Assembly: GCA_964016885.1 (NCBI GenBank)
Contig: OZ024740.1
Coordinates: 318,928,001-318,992,000 of the forward strand
Length of the DNA stretch: 64,000 nt
Direction of reading: 5' to 3'
Source: Eledone cirrhosa
Taxonomy: Eukaryota
Made by a program: the position numbers and the translations under genes. A model generated the notes under the pieces. That model was not told the DNA's origin. It made no database searches and saw nothing but the letters and a program-made list of their open reading frames with translations. Each line of letters opens with the position of its first letter. Within the stretch, counting starts at the first letter, position 1. Shown here in pieces: positions 12,150-27,379 of this stretch.

Positions 12150-14530
12150 GACTCTACCAATTCGAAATCTTTCTACTACAATACTCACAACAAACAATCC
12201 AGGATTGTCTCGTCTATTTCTACAACTTACATTCTATGTGACATTCAAACGACTCTATCAATTCGTAGTCTTTCTACTACAATACTAACGTCAAATAATC
12301 CAGAATTGTCTCGTCTATTTCCACAACTTACGTTCTATCTGACATTCTAACGACTCTACCAATTCGAATTCTTTCTATTACAATACTCACAACAAATAAT
12401 CCAGAATTGTCTCGTCTATTTCCACAACTTACATTCTATCTGACATTCTAACGACTCTACGAATTCGCTGTCTTTCTACTACAATGCTCACAACAAATAA
12501 TCCACGACTGTCTCGTCTATTTCCACAACTTACATTCTATCTGACATTCTAACGACTCTACCAATTCGAAATCTTTCTACTACAATACTCACAACAAACA
12601 ATCCAGGATTGTCTCGTCTATTTCTACAACTTACATTCTATGTGACATTCAAACGACTCTATCAATTCGAAGTCTTTCTACAACAATACTAACGTAAAAT
12701 AATCCAGGATTGTCTCGTCCATTTCCACAACTTACATTTTATCTGACATTCTAACGATTCTACCAATTCGAAGTCTTTCTACTACAATACTAACTTTAAA
12801 TAAGCCAGGATTGTCTCGTCTATCTCCAGACCTTACATTCTATCTGACATTCTAACGACTCTACCAATTCGAAGTCTTTCTACTACAATACTAACTTTAA
12901 ATAATCCAGGATTGTCTCGTCTATCTCCAGACCTTACATTCTATCTGACATTCTAACGACTCTACCAGTTCGCTGTATTTCAACTACAATACTAACTTCA
13001 AATAATCCAGGATTGTCTCGTCTATTTCCACAACTTACATTCTATCTGATATTCTAACGACTCTACCCATTCGCTGTATTTCTACTACAATACTAACTTC
13101 AAATAATCCAGGATTGTCTCGTCTACTTCCACAACTTACATTCTATGTGATATTCTAACGACTCTACCAATTCGAAGTCTTTCTACTACAATACTCACAA
13201 CAAATAATCCATAATGTCTCGTCTATTTCCACAACTTACATTCTATCTGACATTCAAACGACTCTATCAATTTGAAGTCTTTCTACTACAATACTAACGT
13301 CAAATAATCCAGGATTGTCTCGTCTATTTCCACAACTTACGTTCTATCTGACATTCTAACGACTCTACCAATTCGAATTCTTTATATTACAATACTCACA
13401 ACAAATAATCCACGACTGTCTCGTCTATTTCCACAACTTACATTCTATCTGACATTCTAACGACTCTACCAATTCGAAATCTTTCTACTACAATACTCAC
13501 AACAAACAATCCAGGATTGTCTCGTCTATTTCTACAACTTACATTCTATGTGACATTCAAACGACTCTATCAATTCGAAGTCTTTCTACTACAATACTAA
13601 CGTCAAATAATCCAGAATTGTCTCGTCTATTTCCACAACTTACGTTCTATCTGACATTCTAACGACTCTACCAATTCGAATTCTTTCTATTACAATACTC
13701 ACAACAAATAATCCAGAATTGTCTCGTCTATTTCCACAACTTACATTCTATCTGACATTCTAACGACTCTACGAATTCGCTGTCTTTCTACTACAATGCT
13801 CACAACAAATAATCCACGACTGTCTCGTCTATTTCCACAACTTACATTCTATCTGACATTCTAACGATTCTACCAATTCGAAATCTTTCTACTACAATAC
13901 TCACAACAAACAATCCAGGATTGTCTCGTCTATTTCTACAACTTACATTCTATGTGACATTCAAACGACTCTATCAATTCGAAGTCTTTCTACAACAATA
14001 CTAACGTAAAATAATCCAGGATTGTCTCGTCCATTTCCACAACTTACATTTTATCTGACATTCTAACGACTCTACCAATTCGAAGTCTTTCTACTACAAT
14101 ACTCACTTTAAATAATCCAGGATTGTCTCGTCTATCTCCAGACCTTACATTCTATCTGACATTCTAACGACTCTACCAATTCGAAGTCTTTCTACTACAA
14201 TACTAACTTTAAATAATCCAGGATTGTCTCGTCTATCTCCAGACCTTACATTCTATCTGACATTCTAACGACTCTACCAGTTCGCTGTATTTCAACTACA
14301 ATACTAACTTCAAATAATCCAGGATTGTCTCGTCTATTTCCACAACTTACATTCTATCTGATATTCTAACGACTCTACCCATTCGCTGTATTTCTACTAC
14401 AATACTAACTTCAAATAATCCAGGATTGTCTCGTCTACTTCCACAACTTACATTGTATCTGATATTCTAACGACTCTACCCATTCGCTGTATTTCTACTA
14501 CAATACTCACAACAAATAATCCATATTGTC
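12150..14530. repeat. Segmental duplication at 13-monomer offset (about 12150-13230 vs 13460-14530)
   Basis: CTTACATTTTATCTG occurs at 12731 and 14043, and the 1-bp-deleted CCATA(A/T)TG at 13209 and 14521 (offset 1312 = 13x101-1). Both copies contain a doubled ...TTTAAATAA...ATCTCCAGACC monomer. Confidence 0.85.
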
Positions 14531-15169
14531 TCGTCTATTTCCACAACTCGCATTCTATCTGACATTCTAACGACTCTACCAATTCTAAGTCTTTCTACTA
14601 CAATACTAACTTTAAATAATCTAGGATTGTCTCATCTATCTCCACAACTTACATTTTCTCTGACATTCTAACGACTCTACCAATTCGAAGCCTTTCTACT
14701 ACAATACTCACAACAAATAATCCAGGATTGTCTCGTCTATTTCCACAACTTACATTCTATCTGACATTCTAACAACTCTACCAATTCGAAGTCTTTCTAC
14801 TACAATACTCACAACAAATAATCCAGGATTGTCTCGTCTATTTCCACAACTCACATTCTACCTGACATTCTAACGACTCTATCAATTCGAAGTCTTTCTA
14901 CTACAATACTAACGTCAAATAATCCAGGATCGTCTCGTCTATTTCCACAACTTACATTCTATCTGACATTCTAACGACTCTACCAATTCGAAGTCTTTCT
15001 ACTACAATACTAACAACAAATAATCTAGGATTGTCTCATCTATCTCCACAACTTACATTTTCTCTGACATTCTAACGACTCTACCAATTCGAAGCCTTTC
15101 TACTACAATACTCACAACAAATAATCCAGGATTGTCTCGTCTATTTCCACAACTTACATTCTATCTGAC

Positions 15170-18100
15170 ATTCTAACGACTCTACCAATTCGCTGTATTT
15201 CTACTACAATACTCACAACAAATAAACCAGGATTGTCTCGTCTATTTCCACAACTTACATTCTATCTGACATACTATCCACTCTACCAAATCGAAGTCTT
15301 TCTACTACAATACTAACTTTAAACAATCCAGGATTGTCTCCTCTATTTCTACAACTTACATTCTATCTGACATTCTAACGACTCTACCAATTCGCTGTAT
15401 TTCTACTACAATACTAACCTCAAATAATCCAGGATTGTATCGGCTATTTCCACAACTTACATCCTATCTGACATTCTAACGACTCTACCAATTCGCTGTC
15501 TTTCTACTACAATAATAACAACAAATAATCTAGGATTGTCTCGTCTATTTCCACAACTTACATTCTATCTGATATTCGAACGACTCTACCAATTCGAAGT
15601 CTTTCTACTACAATACTAACAACAAATAATCTAGGATTGTCTCGTCTATTTCCACAACTTACATTCTATCTGACATTCTAACGACTCTAACAATTCGAAG
15701 TCTTTCTACTACAATACTCACAACAAATAATCCAGGATTGTCTCATCTATTTCCACAACTTACATTCTATCTGACATTCTAACGAGTCTACCAATTCGAT
15801 GTGTTTCTACTACAATACTCACAACAAATAATCCAGGATTGTCTCGTCTATCTCCAGACCTTACATTCTATCTGACATTCTAACGACTCTACCAGTTCGC
15901 TGTATTTCTACTACAATACTAACTTCAAATAATCCAGGATTGTCTCGTCTATTTCCACAACTTACATTCTATCTGACATTCAAACGACTCTACCAATTCG
16001 AAGTCTTTCTACTACAATACTAACGTCAAATAATCCAGGATTGTCTCCTCTATTTCCACAACTTACATTCCATCTGACATTCTAACGACTCTACCAATTC
16101 GATGTCTTTCTACTACAATACTCACAACAAATAATCCAGGATTGTATCGTCTATTTCTACAATTTACATTGTAACTGACATTCTAACGACTCTACCTATT
16201 CGCTGTATTTCTACTACAATACTCACAACAAATAATCCAGCATCGTCTCGTCTATTTCCACAACTCACATTCTATCTGACATTCTAACGACTCTATCAAT
16301 TCGAAGTGTTTCTACTACAATACTAACGTCAAATAATCCAGGATCGTCTCGTCTATTTCCACAACTTACATTCTATCTGACATTCTAACGACTCTACCAA
16401 TTCGAAGTCTTTCTACTACAATACTAACAACAAATAATCTAGGATTGTCTCATCTATCTCCACAACTTACATTTTCTCTGACATTCTAACGACTCTACCA
16501 ATTCGAAGTATTTCTACTACAATACTCACAACAAATAATCCAGGATTGTCTCGTCTATTTCCACAACTTACATTCTATCTGACATTCTAACGACTCTACC
16601 AATTTGAAGGCTTTCTACTACAATACTAACAACAAATAATCTTGGATTGTCTCGTCTATTTCCACAACTTACATTCTATCTGACATTCTAACGACTCTAC
16701 CAATTCGAAGTTTTTCTACTAAAATACTCCCAACAAATAATCAAGGATTGTATCGTCTATTTGCACAACTTACATTCTATCTGACATTCTAACGACTCTA
16801 CCCATTCGCTGTATTTCTACTACAATACTAACTTCAAATAATCCAGGATTGTCTCCTCTATTTCCACAACTTACATTCTATCTCACATACTAACGAGTCT
16901 ACCAATTCGCTGTATTTCTACTACAATACTCACAACAAATAAACCAGGATTGTCTCGTCTATTTCCACAACTTACATTCTATCTGACATACTAACGTCTC
17001 TACCAATTCGAAGTCTTTCTACTACAATACTAACTTTAAACTATCCAGGATTGTCTCCTCTATTTCCACAACTTACATTCTATCTGACATTCTAACGACT
17101 CTACCAATTCGCTGTATTTCTACTACAATACTAACTTCAAATAATCCAGGATTGTATCGGCTATTTCCACAACTTACATCCTATCTGACATTCTAACGAC
17201 TCTATCAATTCGAAGTCTTTGTACTACAATACTAACAACAAATAATCTAGGATTGTCTCATCTATCTCCACAACTTACATTTTCTCTGACATTCTAACGA
17301 CTCTACCAATTCGAAGTCTTTCTACTACAATACTCACAACAAATAATCCAGGATTGTCTCGTCTATTTCCACAAATTACATTCTATCTGATATTCTAACG
17401 ACTCTACCAATTTGAAGTCTTCTACTACAATACTAACAACAAATAATCTGGGATTGTCTCGTCTATTTCCACAACTTACATTCTATCTGACATTCTAAAG
17501 ACTCTACCAATTCGCTGTATTTCTACTACAATACTAACTTCAATTAGTCCAGGATTGTCTCATCTACTTCCACAACTTACATTCTATCTGATATTCGAAC
17601 GACTCTACCAATTCGAAGTCTTTCTACTACAATACTAACAACAAATAATGCAGGATTGTCTCGTCTATTTCCACAACTTACGTTCTATCTGACATTCTAA
17701 CGACTCTACCAATTCGAATTCTTTATATTACAATACTCACAACAAATAATCCACGACTGTCTCGTCTATTTCCACAACTTACATTCTATCTGACATTCTA
17801 ACGTCTCTACCCATTCGCTGTATTTCTACTACAATACTCCCAACAAATAATCAAGGATTGTATCGTCTATTTCCACAACTTACATTCTATCTGATATTCT
17901 AACGACTCTACCCATTCGCTGTATTTCTACTACAATACTAACTTCAAATAATCCAGGATTGTCTCGTCTACTTCCACAACTTACATTGTATCTGATATTC
18001 TAACGACTCTACCAATTCGAAGTCTTTCTACTACAATACTCACAACAAATTATCCAGGATTGTCTCGTCTATTTCCACAACTTACATTCTATCTGGCATT

Positions 18101-21100
18101 CTAATGACTGTACCAATTCGCTGTCTTTCTACTACAATACTCACAACAAATAATCCATATTGTCTCGTCTATTTCCACAACTTACATTCTATCTGACATT
18201 CAAACGACTCTATCAATTCGAAGTCTTTCTACTACAATACTAACGTCAAATAATCCAGGATTGTCTCGTCTATTTCCACAACTTACTTTCTATCAGACAT
18301 TCTAACGACTCTACCAATTCGAAGTCTTTCTACTACAATACTAACTTTAAATAATCCAGAATATTCTCCTCTATTTCCACAACTTACATATTATCTGACA
18401 TTCTAACGACTCTACCAATTCGAAGTCTGTCTACTACAATACTCACAACAAATAATCCAGGATTGTCTCGTCTATTTCCACACCTTACATTCTATCTGAC
18501 ATTCTAACGACTCTACCTATTCGCTGTATTTCTACTACAATACTCACAACAAATAATCAAGGATTGTATCGTCTATTTCCACAACTTACATTTTCTCTGA
18601 TATTCTAACGACTCTACCAATTCGAAGTCTTTCTACTACAATACTCACAACAAATAATGCATTATTGTCTCGTCTATTTCCACAACTTACATTCTATCTG
18701 ACATTCTAACGACTCTACCAATTTGAAGTCTTTCTATTACAATACTAACAACAAAAAATCTGGGATTGTCTCGTCTATTTCCACAACTTACATTCTATCT
18801 GACATTCTAACGACTCTACCAATTCGAGGTTTTTCTACTACAATACTCCCAACAAATAATCAAGAATTGTATCGTCTATTTCCACAACTTACATTCTATC
18901 TGACATTCTAACGACTCTACCCATTCGCTGTATTTCTACTACAATACTAACTTCAAATAATCCAGGATTGTCTCCTCTATTTCCACAACTTACATTCTAT
19001 CTCACATTCTAACGAGTCTACCAATTCGCTGTATTTCTACTACAATACTCACAACAAATAAACCAGGATTGTCTCGTCTATTTCCACAACTTACATTCTA
19101 TCTGACATACTAACGACTCTACAAATTCGAAGTCTTTCTACTACAATACTAACTTTAAACAATCCAGGATTGTCTCCTCTATTTTCACCACTTACATTCT
19201 ATCTGACATTCTAACGACTCTACCAATTCGCTGTATTTCTACTATAATACTAACTTCAAATAATCCAGGATTGTCTCCTCTATTTCCACAACTTACATTC
19301 TATCTGACATTCTAACGACTCTACCAATTCGCTGTATATCTACTACAATACTAACAACAAATAATCAAGGATTGTATCGTCTATTTCCACAACTTACATT
19401 CTATCTGACATTCTAACGACTCTACCAATTCGCTGTCTTTCTACTACAATAATAACAACAAATAATCTAGGATTGTCTCGTCTATTTCCACAACGTACAT
19501 TCTATCTGATATTCGAACGACTCTACCAATTCGAAGTCTTTCTACTACAATACTAACAACAAATAATCTAGGATTGTCTCGTCTATTTCCACAACTTACA
19601 TTCTATCTGACATTCTAACGACTCTAACAATTCGAAGTCTTTCTACTACAATACTCACAACAAATAATCCAGGATTGTCTCATCTATTTCCACAACTTAC
19701 ATTCTATCTGACATTCTAACGACTCTACCAATTCGCTGTATTTCTACTACAATACTCACAACAAATAAACCAGGATTGTCTCGTCTATTTCCACAACTTA
19801 CATTCTATCTGACATTCAAACGACTCTACCAATTCAAAGTCTTTCTACTACAATACTAACGTCAAATAATCCAGGATTGTCTCCTCTATTTCCACAACTT
19901 ACATTCCATCTGACATAGGAACGTCTCTACCAATTCGAAGTCTTTCTACTACAATACTCACAACAAATAATCCAGGATTGTATCGTCTATTTCTACAACT
20001 TACATTCTATCTGACATTCTAACGACTCTACCAATTCGAAGTCTTTCTGCTACAATACTCACAACAAATAATCCAGGATTGCCTCGTTTATTTCCACACG
20101 TTACATTCTATCTGACATTCTAACGACTCTACCAATTCGATGTGTTTCTACTACAATACTCACAACAAATAATCCAGGATTGTCTCGTCTATCTCCAGAC
20201 CTTACATTCTATCTGACATTCTAACGACTCTACCAGTTCGCTGTATTTCTACTACAATACTAACTTCAAATAATCCAGGATTGCCTCGTCTATTTCCACA
20301 ACTTACATTCTATCTGACATTCTAACGACTCTACCAATTCGAAGTCTTTCTACTACGATACTAACTTTAAATAATCCAGGATTGTCTCGTCTATCTCCAG
20401 ACCTTACATTCTATCTGACATTCTAACGACTCTAACAGTTCGCTGTATTTCAACTACAATACTAACATCAAATAATCCAGGATTGTCTCGTCTATTTCCA
20501 CAACTTACATTCTATCTGATATTCTAACGACTCTACCCATTCGTTGTATTTCTACTACAATACTAACTTCAAATAATCCAGGATTGTCTCGTCTACTTCC
20601 ACAATTTACATTCTATGTGATATTCTAACGACTCTACCAATTCGAAGTCTTTCTACTACAATACTCACAACAAATAATCCATATTGTCTCGTCTATTTCC
20701 ACAAATTACATTCTATCTGACATTCAAACGACTCTATCAATTCGAAGTCTTTCTACTACAATACTAACGTCAAATAATCCAGGATTGTATAGTCTATTTC
20801 TACAACTTACATTCTATCTGACATTCTATCGACTCTACCAATTCGAAGTCTTTCTACTACAATACTAACAACAAATAATCTAGGATTGTCTCATCTATCT
20901 CCACAACTTACATTTTCTCTGACATTCTAACGACTCTACCAATTCGAAGTCTTTCTACTACAATACTCACAACAAATAATCCAGGATTGTCTCGTCTATT
21001 TCCACAAATTACATTCTATCTGATATTCTAACGACTCTACCAATTTGAAGTCTTCTCCTACAATACTAACAACAAATAATCTGGGATTGTCTCGTCTATT

Positions 21101-24100
21101 TCCACAACTTACATTCTATCTGACATTCTAACGACTCTACCAATTCGCTGTATTTCTACTACAATACTAACTTCAATTAGTCCAGGATTGTCTCATCTAT
21201 TTCCACAACTTACATTTTATCTGACATTCTAACGACTGTACCAATTCGAAGTCTTTCTACTACAATATTCACAACAAATATTCCAGGATTGTCTCGTCTA
21301 TTTCTACAACTTATATTCTATGTGACATTCAAACGACTCTACCAATTCGAAATATTTCTACTACAATACTCACAACAAACAATCCAGGATTGTCTCGTCT
21401 ATTTCTACAACTTACATTCTATGTGACATTCAAACGACTCTATCAATTCGAAGTCTTTCTACAACAATACTAACGTAAAATAATCCAGGATTGTCTCGTC
21501 CATTTCCACAACTTACATTCTATCTGACATTCTAACGACTCTACCAATTCGAAGTCTTTCTACTACAATACTAACTTTAAATAATCCAGGATTGTCTCAT
21601 CTATCTCCAGACCTTACATTCTATCTGACATTCTAACGACTCTACCAGTTCGCTGTATTTCTACTACAATACTAACTTCAAATAATCCAGGATTGTCTCG
21701 TCTATTTCCACAACTTATATTCTATCTGATATTCTAACGACTCTACCAATTCGAAGTCTTTCTACTACAATACTCACAACAAATAATCCAGGATTGTCTC
21801 GTCTATTTCCACAACTTACATTCTATCTGGCATTCTAATGACTCTACCAATTCGAAGTCTTTCTACTACAATACTAACGTCAAATAATCCAGGATCGTCT
21901 CGTCTATTTCCACAACTTACATTCTATGTGACATTCTAACGACTCTACCAATTTGAAGTCTTTCTATTACAATACTAACAACAAATAATCTGGGATTGTC
22001 TCGTCTAATTCCACAACTTACATTCTATCTGACATTCTAACGACTCTACCCATTCGCTGTATTTCTACTATAATACTAACTTCAAATAATCCAGGATTGT
22101 CTCCTCTATTTCCACATCTTACATTCTATCTCACATTCTAACGAGTCTACCAATTCGCTGTATTTCTACTACAATACTCACAACAAATAAACCAGGATTG
22201 TCTCGTCTATTTCCACAACTTACATTCTATCTGACATACTAACCACTCTACCAAATCGAAGTCGTTCTACTACAATACTAACTTTAAACAATCCAGGATT
22301 GTCTCCTCTATTTCTACAACTTACATTCTATCTGACATTCTAACGACTCTACCAATTCGCTGTATTTCTACTACAATACTAACCTCAAATAATCCAGGAT
22401 TGTATCGGCTATTTCCACAACTTACATCCTATCTGACATTCTAACGACTCTACCAATTCGCTGTCTTTCTACTACAATAATAACAACAAATAATCTAGGA
22501 TTGTCTCGTCTATTTCCACAACTTACATTCTATCTGATATTCGAACGACTCAACCAATTCGAAGTCTTTCTACTACAATACTAACAACAAATAATCTAGG
22601 ATTGTCTCGTCTATTTCCACAACTTACATTCTATTTGACATTCTAACGACTCTAACAATTCGAAGTCTTTCTACTACAATACTCACAACAAATAATCCAG
22701 GATTGTCTCATCTATTTCCACAACTTACATTCTATCTGACATTCTAACGAGTCTACCAATTCGATGTGTTTCTACTACAATACTCACAACAAATAATCCA
22801 GGATTGTCTCGTCTATCTCCAGACCTTACATTCTATCTGACATTCTAACGACTCTACCAGTTCGCTGTATTTCTACTACAATACTAACTTCAAATAATCC
22901 AGGATTGTCTCGTCTATTTCCACAACTTACATTCTATCTGACATTCAAACGACTCTACCAATTCGAAGTCTTTCTACTACAATACTAACGTCAAATAATC
23001 CAGGATTGTCTCCTCTATTTCCACAACTTACATTCCATCTGACATTCTAACGACTCTACCAATTCGATGTCTTTCTACTACAATACTCACAACAAATAAT
23101 CCAGGATTGTATCGTCTATTTCTACAATTTACATTGTATCTGACATTCTAACGACTCTACCTATTCGCTGTATTTCTACTACAATACTCACAACAAATAA
23201 TCCAGCATCGTCTCGTCTATTTCCACAACTCACATTCTATCTGACATTCTAACGACTCTATCAATTCGAAGTGTTTCTACTACAATACTAACGTCAAATA
23301 ATCCAGGATCGTCTCGTCTATTTCCACAACTTACATTCTATCTGACATTCTAACGACTCTACCAATTCGAAGTCTTTCTACTACAATACTAACAACAAAT
23401 AATCTAGGATTGTCTCATCTATCTCCACAACTTACATTTTCTCTGACATTCTAACGACTCTACCAATTCGAAGTCTTTCTACTACAATACTCACAACAAA
23501 TAATCCAGGATTGTCTCGTCTATTTCCACAACTTACATTCTATCTGACATTCTAACGACTCTACCAATTCGAAGTTTTTCTACTAAAATACTCCCAACAA
23601 ATAATCAAGGATTGTATCGTCTATTTGCACAACTTACATTCTATCTGACATTCTAACGACTCTACCCATTCGCTGTATTTCTACTACAATACTAACTTCA
23701 AATAATCCAGGATTGTCTCCTCTATTTCCACAACTTACATTCTATCTCACATACTAACGAGTCTACCAATTCGCTGTATTTCTACTACAATACTCACAAC
23801 AAATAAACCAAGATTGTCTCGTCTATTTCCACAACTTACATTCTATCTGATATTCTAACGACTCTACCAATTCGAAGTCTTTCTACTACAATACTAACTT
23901 TAAACTATCCAGGATTGTCTCCTCTATTTCCACAACTTACATTCTATCTGACATTCTAACGACTCTACCAATTCGCTGTATTTCTACTACAATACTAACT
24001 TCAAATAATCCAGGATTGTATCGGCTATTTCCACAACTTACATCCTATCTGACATTCTAACGACTCTATCAATTCGAAGTCTTCTACTACAATACTAACA

Positions 24101-27100
24101 ACAAATAATCTGGGATTGTCTCGTCTATTTCCACAACTTACATTCTATCTGACATTCTAAAGACTCTACCAATTCGCTGTATTTCTACTACAATACTCAC
24201 AACAAATAATCCAGGATTGTCTCGTCTATTTCCACAAATTACATTCTATCTGACATTCTAACGACTCTACCAATTCGAATTCTTTATATTACAATACTCA
24301 CAACAAATAATCCACGACTGTCTCGTCTATTTCCACAACTTACATTCTATCTGACATTCTAACGTCTCTACCCATTCGCTGTATTTCTACTACAATACTC
24401 CCAACAAATAATCAAGGATTGTATCGTCTATTTCCACAACTTACATTCTATCTGATATTCTAACGACTCTACCCATTCGCTGTATTTCTACTACAATACT
24501 AACTTCAAATAATCCAGGATTGTCTCGTCTACTTCCACAACTTACATTGTATCTGATATTCTAACGACTCTACCAATTCGAAGTCTTTCTACTACAATAC
24601 TCACAACAAATTATCCAGGATTGTCTCGTCTATTTCCACAACTTACATTCTATCTGGCATTCTAATGACTCTACCAATTCGCTGTATTTCTACTACAATA
24701 CTCACAACAAATAATCCATATTGTCTCGTCTATTTCCACAACTTACATTCTATCTGACATTCAAACGACTCTATCAATTCGAAGTCTTTCTACTACAATA
24801 CTAACGTCAAATAATCCAGGATTGTCTCGTCTATTTCCACAACTTACTTTCTATCAGACATTCTAACGACTCTACCAATTCGCTGTATTTCTACTACAAT
24901 ACTCACAACAAATAATCCATATTGTCTCGTCTATTTCCACAACTTACATTCTATCTGACATTCAAACGACTCTATCAATTCGAAGTCTTTCTACTACAAT
25001 ACTAACGTCAAATAATCCAGGATTGTCTCGTCTATTTCCACAACTTACTTTCTATCAGACATTCTAACGACTCTACCAATTCGCTGTATTTCTACTACAA
25101 TACTCACAACAAATAAACCAGGATTGTCTCGTCTATTTCCACAACTTACATTCTATCTGACATACTAACGACTCTACAAATTCGAAGTCTTTCTACTACA
25201 ATACTAACTTTAAATAATCCAGAATATTCTCCTCTATTTCCACAACTTACATATTATCTGACATTCTAACGACTCTACCAATTCGAAGTCTGTCTACTAC
25301 AATACTCACAACAAATAATCCAGGATTGTCTCGTCTATTTCCACACCTTACATTCTATCTGACATTCTAACGACTCTACCTATTCGCTGTATTTCTACTA
25401 CAATACTCACAACAAATAATCAAGGATTGTATCGTCTATTTCCACAACTTACATTTTCTCTGATATTCTAACGACTCTACCAATTCGAAGTCTTTCTACT
25501 ACAATACTCACAACAAATAATGCAGGATTGTCTCGTCTATTTCCACAACTTACATTCTATCTGACATTCTAACGACTCTACCAATTTGAAGTCTTTCTAT
25601 TACAATACTAACAACAAAAATCTGGGATTGTCTCGTCTATTTCCACAACTTACATTCTATCTGACATTCTAACGACTCTACCAATTCGAAGTCTGTCTAC
25701 TACAATACTCACAACAAATAATCCAGGATTGTCTCGTCTATTTCCACACCTTACATTCTATCTGACATTCTAACGACTCTACCTATTCGCTGTATTTCTA
25801 CTACAATACTCCCAACAAATAATCAAGAATTGTATCGTCTATTTCCACAACTTACATTCTATCTGACATTCTAACGACTCTACCCATTCGCTGTATTTCT
25901 ACTACAATACTAACTTCAAATAATCCAGGATTGTCTCCTCTATTTCCACAACTTACATTCTATCTCACATTCTAACGAGTCTACCAATTCGCTGTATTTC
26001 TACTACAATACTCACAACAAATAAACCAGGATTGTCTCGTCTATTTCCACAACTTACATTCTATCTGACATACTAACGACTCTACAAATTCGAAGTCTTT
26101 CTACTACAATACTAACTTTAAACAATCCAGGATTGTCTCCTCTATTTTCACAACTTACATTCTATCTGACATTCTAACGACTCTACCAATTCGCTGTATT
26201 TCTACTATAATACTAACTTCAAATAATCCAGGATTGTCTCCTCTATTTCCACAACTTACATTCTATCTGACATTCTAACGACTCTACCAATTCGCTGTAT
26301 ATCTACTACAATACTAACAACAAATAATCAAGGATTGTATCGTCTATTTCCACAACTTACATTCTATCTGACATTCTAACGACTCTTCCAATTCGCTGTC
26401 TTTCTACTACAATAATAACAACAAATAATCTAGGATTGTCTCGTCTATTTCCACAACGTACATTCTATCTGATATTCGAACGACTCTACCAATTCGAAGT
26501 CTTTCTACTACAATACTAACAACAAATAATCTAGGATTGTCTCGTCTATTTCCACAACTTACATTCTATCTGACATTCTAACGACTCTAACAATTCGAAG
26601 TCTTTCTACTACAATACTCACAACAAATAATCCAGGATTGTCTCATCTATTTCCACAACTTACATTCTATCTGACATTCTAACGACTCTACCAATTCGCT
26701 GTATTTCTACTACAATACTCACAACAAATAAACCAGGATTGTCTCGTCTATTTCCACAACTTACATTCTATCTGACATTCAAACGACTCTACCAATTCGA
26801 AGTCTTTCTACTACAATACTAACGTCAAATAATCCAGGATTGTCTCCTCTATTTCCACAACTTACATTCCATCTGACATAGGAACGTCTCTACCAATTCG
26901 AAGTCTTTCTACTACAATACTCACAACAAATAATCCAGGATTGTATCGTCTATTTCTACAACTTACATTCTATCTGACATTCTAACGACTCTACCAATTC
27001 GAAGTCTTTCTGCTACAATACTCACAACAAATAATCCAGGATTGCCTCGTTTATTTCCACACGTTACATTCTATCTGACATTCTAACGAGTCTACCAATT

Positions 27101-27200
27101 CGATGTGTTTCTACTACAATACTCACAACAAATAAACCAGGATTGTCTCGTCTATTTCCACAACTTACATTCTATCTGACATACTAACGACTCTACCAAT
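15170..27200. repeat. Long-range duplication at about 69-monomer offset (about 15.2-20.2 kb vs 22.1-27.2 kb) with internal monomer gains and losses
   Basis: Rare variants are shared: AACCTCAAAT at 15416/22381 (offset 6965), AGAATATT at 18358/25221 (6863) and TGACATAGGAACGTCTC at 19911/26874 (6963). Confidence 0.85.
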
Positions 27201-27379
27201 TCGCTGTATTTCTACTACAATACTAACTTCAAATAATCCAGGATTGCCTCGTCTATTTCCACAACTTACATTCTATCTGACATTCTAACGACTCTACCAA
27301 TTTGAAGTCTTCTACTACAATACTAACAACAAATAATCTGGGATTGTCTCGTCTATTTCCACAACTTACATTCTATCTG

